Source: Octopus sinensis
Lineage: Eukaryota
DNA: 64,000 nucleotides
Assembly: GCF_006345805.1 (NCBI RefSeq)
Contig: NC_042999.1
Span: 40,114,001 to 40,178,000 of the forward strand
Direction: 5' to 3'
A program made the position numbers and the translations under genes. Of this stretch, positions 55,385 through 64,000 are shown piece by piece (within the stretch, counting starts at the first letter, position 1; each line of letters begins with the position of its first letter). The notes under the pieces are model-generated. The model was not told where the DNA came from. It saw nothing but the letters and a program-made list of their open reading frames with translations, and did no database searches.

Positions 55385-55877
55385 TGTGTGTGTGTGTGGT
55401 GTGTGTGTGTGTGTAATAGTGTGCATTTAAACGCAAGAGAAGCTACCTTTAACAGGTAATTTACACGCTAGGAGAAACAGTCAAAACGATCAAAACCACA
55501 TTTCAGAGCAATTTCGAAGGGAATTGAAAATAAAAACTTTTACCTTGTTATTTTGTTACGGTTATACCTAGATTTCGTATTTTTTTAGCAAATAAAATAG
55601 TTTGCTAGGCGAAATTCTGTTATAGCGCGGTCACTGATGAGAATTTAGAAGCAGCACTTTTAATTAATTTTTTGCATACACATTAGAGATCTGCTAAATC
55701 ATCCGTATATTTTCATGATAACTACCCCAGAATCAATTTAATGAACTGGCCTTACTTAAGTTTTCATCGATTCGGTTTTCGGTGCGATTGCAGCCTTTTT
55801 CAGAATATATATATCATATGCGTTGTAACAGCATTGGAGCATTTCTACCAATATAGTCATTCAAGACTATAATTTTC

Positions 55878-55973
<96 letters not shown>

Positions 55974-56023
55974 TTTATACTGACTGTCAACTTAACGTGA
56001 CAGTCCTGTAAAGGAATAAGGAA

Positions 56024-56142
56024 TTGCACTACCGCTGGTTAGCCCTAGGAAGCATGGACGCTTCCTGTGGGCCTTGACACATTTCCTGTCAAGGCCGCCA
56101 GGAAGCGGCGATGCTTCCTAGGGCTAAACAGTGGTAGTGCAA
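56024..56142. repeat. GC-rich 119-bp hairpin (MITE-like)
   Basis: 56-bp arms 56024-56079 and 56087-56142 with about 6 non-Watson-Crick positions and a 7-nt loop. Confidence 0.85.
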
Positions 56143-56416
56143 CTAGAAACTTTCACAGAGTGAGAGAATCCGGAAGTGAACACTATTCAATTTATAACTA
56201 ATGTAGGATAATTTTTTTTTTCGGGAAAAATTTTTTATCAATGGCCAGCATATCAAAAAATACATTTAAGTTTAAATTAATAAATAATTTACAAAAATAA
56301 GGGCAAGAGAAAAATTCAAATGCCAAACATGCCGAAAAAAAGACAAAAATTGTCAATAACCATTATAATTTATGCATCTCGAAACAAACCGATAGAAATT
56401 TCTAAAAAATCCGTTA

Positions 56417-56476
56417 TTACCGTATAGGTCCCAATTTCGGGGTTAATTCATAAGACTTTTCCCTCTTCAGCGATAA
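56417..56476 (-). ncRNA. Type I hammerhead, intact core, stem III mismatch
   Basis: ttatcg CTGAAGA ggg..cccc GAAA ttgggaccta T A cggtaa; stem I ttatcg/cggtaa (one G-U). Confidence 0.65.
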
Positions 56477-56612
56477 ATACGTGGGGTATAAGTTTAATAC
56501 TGTGCCGATGTTTTTCTATTTTGGATATATTTGGGGTACTTAGGTCTGCTCAGGACTTAGTACTTGCTTTTTCCATGGGTATGAGTAAGTATTTCACTTA
56601 TATCCCACGTAT

Positions 56613-56673
56613 TTATCGCTGAAGAGGGGAAAATTCTTATGAATTAACCCCCAAATTGGGACCAATACGGTAA
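56613..56673 (+). ncRNA. Type I hammerhead, G12>C variant, intact stems
   Basis: ttatcg CTGAAGA gggg-aa-aattc-ttat-gaatt-aa-cccc CAAA ttgg-ga-ccaa T A cggtaa. Confidence 0.6.
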
Positions 56674-56761
56674 TAACGGATTTTTTAGAAATTTCTATCG
56701 GTTTGTTTCGAGACGCATAAATTATAATGGTTATTGACAATTTTTGTCTTTTTTCGGCATA

Positions 56762-56844
<83 letters not shown>

Positions 56845-57853
56845 CTGTGTGTGTGTATCCATTTTCCTATGTGTTCAAACGTCAAATATTGGATATTTCC
56901 TTATCCATATTTGAATCGTTTTCCAGACATTCACCACACAAAGAAATTAAATTAATAGCTGAAGCTGAAAACGGCATTATTTCGTTTATAGATATTACTG
57001 AAAAGATAAATTACCTGTAATCCAAAAGAAAATCAGTCATTATGGTCATGCTAACCTTGTAATATCAAGGCGAGTTTTGAAGAGTGAATAATATTTTGGA
57101 TAAACTGTATTTAGGTATTATGTTTATAAAAAAAACCTGTGTATGTGTGTGTGTGTGCAGGGATAGTGTGAGAGGGGGGGACACTTTCACTCTTTCTAGA
57201 TAACGTGAGATGGAATATCGGATGTCCAAAATACCAAATAGAAAACATGATATAGGAAATAAATGATGAGTATTTCTCGAGAAATATTTTGACGTATCAC
57301 GATACCAAAATAACTGTTGGGATTTGTTTAGAGTCAAAAGAGTTATTTTATGTATTTGAAGGCAGAATTTACTTTTGTGAGGTAAAATCTCATTGTAGTT
57401 AGTGGTACCATTCTTCATAGCTGGATAATAATCATAGTTGCAAGAATACGGTTGGGACTTCTATCTAGTGGATTATTATCATTAAAATATCTCTCTTTCT
57501 GGAAAAGTGCCCAGTTGTTGGACAGCAATTGACGTAGAATATAGAGGAACAGCATGTGGTCGATACGCTTCTTGGAGACAAAACATGGCATTCAATAAAT
57601 TAGGTAGAAGGAGAGCAATGTGTTGTCACTATATTATTCAATAAAGGCGTTAGATATAATAATAGGAAGCAGTTAATGGAGTAAGGGTAAGAAGCTGGGA
57701 GATAATGGACAATGCAGTTGCAGCGTATGGGAAAGATAAATCAACGGTCGATTTACAATTATAAGGTCGCATTAACCCAATTGAAAACGAAATACGATAC
57801 ATACCAAAGCTCATTATGTATATAATACATATATGCATAAACACGCGCAGACA

Positions 57854-57892
<39 letters not shown>

Positions 57893-58186
57893 TTATTTAT
57901 AGTGAGAAAAGTGAGAATAGTGAGAGATAGAGAGATGCTCACATACGTACGCATGTGTTTATATATATATATATATATATATATGAAAGGACTGACCACT
58001 AAATGTGGACGGTCAACATGCTAGATACAGACGTCAAAATCGCTATTGACCGCCCACTTTTATTGGTAAGTCCTTTAAATTTTGAATGTAAAAATATTTT
58101 AATCTTCGCATTTTTTTAATATGCTAGGCCATTGGTTTTAATTGATTAATATCAATTTCTACCCTTATTAAATTTTACACATATAT

Positions 58187-58470
58187 ATATATAATATTAA
58201 TTAGAGACAAAACCACTATTATGCAAATCAAACAAAGAAAGACTTAATCCAATACATAAAAAATGTTATATAAATTAAATAAAATTAAATTTATTTTATT
58301 TAATTTATATAAATTTTTTTTTGTATTGGATTAAGTCCTTCTTTGTTTGATTTGCATAATAGTGGTTTTGTCTCTAATTAATATTATATAATATTTTACT
58401 ATAAAATTGGATTCAATCCTAAATCTGATTTTTCCCTGTAAATTTGGATTTATTCTCTAATATTTATTAT
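58187..58470. repeat. Foldback relic of the first PLE's post-hammerhead segment
   Basis: ~200-bp palindrome centred at 58289/58290. The right arm and its extension (58320-58470) align to 2430-2585. Confidence 0.88.
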
Positions 58471-58479
58471 TATTATATA

Positions 58480-58530
<51 letters not shown>

Positions 58531-60303
58531 ATATACATGTGAATAGGCAAGTGTATAACGTAGCATTAAATTATAGACCGTACTGCTAAATGTGTGTGTC
58601 ACATGGATTTTCGTGCGTCTTAAGCACTTTTTGAGCGAAGAAATATTAACTGTTTTCGAATAATAATGCATTTTGAAGAATAATACATTCTTATTCAAAG
58701 GTAAAACACCCCATTTCATTGAAATAATCACCTGTGATAATACAATTTCCGATTCTTATCAGGAACGCAAGATATTTATGGATGACCAGAGTAAATATAA
58801 CTACCTATGTTGCTTAGTCACAACTGCAGGCTTCTTGTTTTATGAGTCAAATGAAAAGTTGCATATTCAGCCTGTCAGATTGTATAATTTGTTAGTGAAG
58901 ATGGTCATATAGGTAACCTGGGAAATGAAATGACTGAATGATGTGTTGATATCTCAAACTACCCAAGTGGTTATTAGTCAAAATGAACAGTCTTGAATAT
59001 GACAGTTAATGATCAATGTACGTCGATATAAACCAAGCACAAAGTAAAGTAAGTTTCCGACCTTGTATTTTTGGTAAGTGTAAATTTCACCTTAATCTTA
59101 AAACTTAGTTACCAGTGTTTAAACTAGAGATGGTTTCCCCTCTCACTAAAGACTGAATATATTCATCATTTATAAATGTATCCGTAAGGCGGCAAAGAAG
59201 TAGGGTTAATAAACTCCTGCTTAGAATGTTTTACAGTATGGGTTGAAGCTGCACCCAAGTCAACGTACACTTTGTAACTTTTGGTGTCAATAAGATTTAG
59301 TTATCCAGGTCATCGATTGTTGGAACTGTTAGATAGTCGGCTAAAATGCCTGGAATTAGTTTTTTGTAGCTGTTTACGTTCTGATTGCAACGACTACGTG
59401 ACAATGGTACCAAAGTGCATCGGATTAATACGGCAGTTTTTCACTTGGATACGCACCAGCATCATGGATAGGAATTACTTAAATACATGATCAATAACCA
59501 GTCTTCTTCAAACATTTTACCATCGCCTACACGTATATGTGCAGAGTAATAGTCAACCTTGGCCAGCCAGGTCCCTTACATACGTCTTTAAAATCCTCTT
59601 TTCTATCCCTCTTCATATGAAACGTTTCATAGATTATTTTAGTGCTGGCATGGTCGGAAAGAACTAAATTTTTCCTTTTAAATGCATATAATAGTCCTGC
59701 ATTGAGAGCGTGACTCAATTAATAAATGAAAGTAAAACAGTTAGATGATAAATTTATTTGTTTAGAATATGCTTTTCCGAACTTTCAATTGTCTCATGAA
59801 TAACTTGACACTGAGACAAGTTAATTCATTTTTGTGGCTAAAAGATGTGGCCGAACTGATCACTGGTTTCTCTGCACGGACATTATATTAGCATGTCGTT
59901 ATTTATTATAGAATGGGAAACGATTATTGGCCGATCACCGATTTGGCATTTATACATCTTAAAACTAGTTTCATCGATGATTATTTCTTCTACAATTCGA
60001 TTACATTATATTCAGTAATACATTTTCACAACCCAATATATATTTGTACGTCTGCATGACTATAAGTGTATGTGCGCGTGCAGGTTTGTGTATGTAGGAA
60101 TGTGTCTATGTACGTGAGATAATTACATGGCGTAGTGGACAACAGTTGCTGTGGATACAATTACGTGTTGGCAGGTTTCTCTCCTTTTCTGATTGGCATG
60201 CTGTATCGATGAGTGAGGTACATCGTGTCATATTACTTTACATACAGACCATCAAATGAGTACCATATGGCAGCTGGTATATCTCTTTCTATATCGTTCT
60301 CTC

Positions 60304-60341
<38 letters not shown>

Positions 60342-60649
60342 AATTTATAACATCCTTGATGTGCTACTGGGACAAGGGTATGACAACCGGGAGAGTGGTC
60401 TACGTTCTCTTGCTATTACCTTACCACTTTAAAATATTCTCCAATGTGTAGAATACATATACACTAGATGATATATATTTAACCTTATTTACCACTTACT
60501 ACTGTGACGTTGCCTTGTAAAGAATATATTGAACGAATGAACGAAATGAAGATTTAAAATTATTGTACTTAGATGTGTACAATCCGTCCAACACTGGTGT
60601 ACACTTGTGGTAAATCTTCCACGGTACAGTGATATTTGCACACACACAC

Positions 60650-60700
<51 letters not shown>

Positions 60701-60885
60701 TGTCTAATTTTATTCTTTTACTTGTTTCAGACTTTAGTTGAACAAATCAACCAAGGACTTATTCTTTTTAAGCCTAGTACTTGCTGTATCGGTATCTCTG
60801 TCCCGAACAGCCCACAGTTACAGTGACGTAAACACAACATCGGTTGCCAAGCAATCGTCCAGGTACAAGTACAGATACACAAACA

Positions 60886-60928
<43 letters not shown>

Positions 60929-61014
60929 ACAGAGAGAGAGAGGACTATAAAGAAAGAGATATACCAGCTGCCGCCTGGTACTCATTTGGTGTTGTTTAGG
61001 TAGATTCATACGAC

Positions 61015-62511
61015 ATGATGTACCTGAAAATTTGTAAACATGATCAGGCCTTTACATCAAGATATGAAAACTAGGATTAAATTTGGTGGTAGGCACTCTG
61101 AATGTTTTGAAGTGGAAAATGGAGTGAAGCAAGGACACCTTGATGTACCCACTCTCTTTGCAATATACCTTGCTGTTGTGTTGTCTCACGCTTTTCAAAA
61201 CTCTGAGTAGAGTAGTTACAGTTAGTTTTAATCTGACCAGACTGAAATTCAAAACGAAGGTTTTTACTTCACTCATTAGGGGACTTTTATACGCTGATGA
61301 TTGCTATCTAGTTAGTCATTCGGAAACAAGTCTGTAATCTCTTGTATCTGCATTGGACTCGGCTTGCGAGGATTTTAGCTTGAACATCAACTTAAAAGAA
61401 AAAAAGAGTTTAAAACATCAACCTGCGTGTGGTGCTGTTTGTAACACGCCTAAATTTTTTTTCTGAGTAAGTTACTTGAGGGATTGATTCGTGCACCTAC
61501 CTTGGAAGCTCTGTACAAAATGATGGAAATCTTGATACAGAAATACATCCGTGAATTTAGAGGGCAGCAAAAGCATTTGGTAGCTGGGAGTCAAACATTT
61601 GGCGCCAGCGACATATAAATGACAGTACAATGTTGGCTCTGTTCAAATCATTTGTCTTACCATCCCTGTTGTATTCCTGTGAAACATGGACTTGGTATGG
61701 AAGACATTTTAAATTATTAGAACAATTTCTCCAAAAATGCCTTCATCGCACTTTAAACATTAAATGGTATTCTTTTACTCCAAACACAGATGTCTTTACA
61801 TCCGCAAGCATCACCTCAATTAAAGCTATGATTTTGAGAAACCAAATGTGATGGTGTAGCCATATTGTAAGAGTGGCGGACGAACGCATGCCCAAACAGT
61901 TATTTTAAGGTGAGATTGCGGAGGGGAAACGCTATCAGCGTAAATCCTTAAAAAGGGTTTACAGACGGCATAAAGACTACTATGAAGTCACTTGGAATGG
62001 ATCCAGAAGACATAGAAATCCTTGCTTCGGATCGAGCTGGATGGCGAACAAAGTGAGGATTAGAGAGAAAGCGTTTTAAGATGCCAGGATAACGCATGCA
62101 AGACTCAGAAGGAAATTAAGGAAAAATGTTACGATCGAGAAACACAATGAGCTTTTTTGTGTGCACAGTTTGTAACAGACTATGTCGTACTTTTGCTGCG
62201 CTCAAATATCATTTATGAACTCTTGGAAAACGAACCTCCACCAACTATTCTGCCTATATTTCTATGTACACCTTTGAATGCTAAGTATGTCAGAAGGGTT
62301 GCGAATCTAACGGAGGCCTCAAAAGACATATTAAGATCCACAAATAATAGAACTAATCTGCAGATCTTGAAGGTCCAAATCGGATATGCCATGCATGTCG
62401 GTGATTTTTCAGTACTTTATCTGATTTAAAAAGCCACATCAGATGCCCTGATGGTTCCAAGGCATAGGTACAGGAGGTGGTCAAAATCTGCATACGGAGT
62501 AGCCAACCACC
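61015..62511 (+). mobile_element. Decayed RTE-clade LINE 3' part
   Basis: LLYADDC, TYLGS, LPSLLYSCETWT, LEQFLQKCLHRTLNIKW, HIVRVADERMPKQL, with many stops. Confidence 0.85.
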
Positions 62512-62812
62512 ATATATACGACGCGCTTCTTTCGGTTTACGTCCACCAAATCCCCTCAGAAGGCTTTGGTCTACCTGAGGCTGTAGCAGAAGTCACTTAG
62601 CCAAGGCGCTAAGCACTGGGACTGAGCCCGGAGAGTGTGAACACAGACAAAAGCCACTTTATTTATATAACAGTCACGTACGGACGTTTCAATTTCTCAC
62701 CATCGTTTATATTTTACAATTAAAATTGAAATATGATATTAAGAGGTAAAAATCCCTTCAGCGCATATTTGATATGTATTTATTTTCATCCTGAACGATG
62801 GCAAGTTCATTA

Positions 62813-62966
<154 letters not shown>

Positions 62967-63168
62967 GAAATGAGGTAATCAGAAGATCGGATGGTTTATA
63001 TTTACAGATATCTATTTATATATTACATTTTTTACATATATATCATATCACTTAGATCATTACCGCTTTCTCCTATTCTAGTGGGGTTTTCAAATCAAAA
63101 TAATTCCTTTGTAGGGAATTTTAATCATTTTATAGAGTTTCGTAGAAGACAGCACAAGAGGGTGAGGT

Positions 63169-63207
<39 letters not shown>

Positions 63208-63230
63208 TACACACATATACATATATATTT

Positions 63231-63293
<63 letters not shown>

Positions 63294-64000
63294 GATGTAT
63301 AGATAAATAAATACATACATACATATATGCATATACATATATGTGTATATGTGTATATATGAATATGTGTGCGTGTGTGTGTGTGAATTCGTACGTGTGA
63401 TTACGTGTACATGTGTAGAAACCATATATCCAAGTCGAAGCTAGACAATAATTAATTACAAATTTTTTCACTAGAATGCATCAGTAATATCTTGATTGAT
63501 AACACACATGTCTAGATATTTTGACGAATTTCATCTCCCTTGCATCCAGTGAAATCTAGCATAGATAATAAAAGACGAGAGAAATGACAAGAAGGAAAGT
63601 AGTCGTGTAGGACATAATAAATTGCAGTCTAGATGCTGATAGAAATTGTATATTTGGAAGGTTAAACTGATAACAAATAGATTTAGCAGCATGCAAGTAA
63701 CAAGAATGATGTCCCAATTCAACTCCAGTAATTGTTAGTCGCCATTTCAAAATAATTAATGCTTCATAGACAAATATACAGAGAGGAAGAGGTACTGTTC
63801 TATTGTAATAAATTCTGGCCTGTTACCAAACAGTCTTCTACTATCCGTATTCTCTGTTCATTCTTATGCTGGTTTTAATGTAATTTCAATTTTCTTTCTT
63901 ATGTGATCGTGTTGAACTCTTCGAATTAATATATTTTCGAGCATTATCTCTGAAGGAAAGTAAAACGAATACACCGATACAAAAGCTTTAGCATAAATAA

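Larger units (their letters stand above)
56329..56760. repeat. Foldback inverted repeat carrying two divergent hammerheads
   Basis: Arms ~56329-56501 and ~56588-56760 are near-identical, with a ~87-bp spacer. The right end abuts (TA)n. Confidence 0.93.

Overview
Eukaryotic, AT-rich, microsatellite-dense window made almost entirely of transposable elements. The repeat types resemble those I recall from octopus genomes; this is an inference, not verified. I could not support any host protein-coding exon. Main contents: (1) a near-complete Penelope-like element (PLE; RT + GIY-YIG, Naiad-like motifs) at 1-8110, flanked by >=2.5-kb direct repeats that each carry a minimal type I hammerhead ribozyme; (2) a near-complete, relatively GC-rich Helitron (13819-19890) with eight 23-aa STPR-like repeats; (3) a second, decayed PLE (23570-27890) interrupted by two (AAT)n-tailed retroposons; (4) a dead CR1/L2-group LINE (29770-33655) whose 3' tail is shared with a tRNA-derived SINE; (5) remnants of RLE-type LINEs, RTE, Gypsy gag, mariner and a second Helitron. 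The most notable unexplained pattern is a set of short head-to-head foldback elements (34294, 39861, 56329, 58187) built from PLE terminal sequence. Two of them carry paired hammerhead ribozymes and all abut (TA)n. Also notable are internal copies in the PLE repeat that differ almost only by C>T and A>G. All folds and alignments were done by eye.
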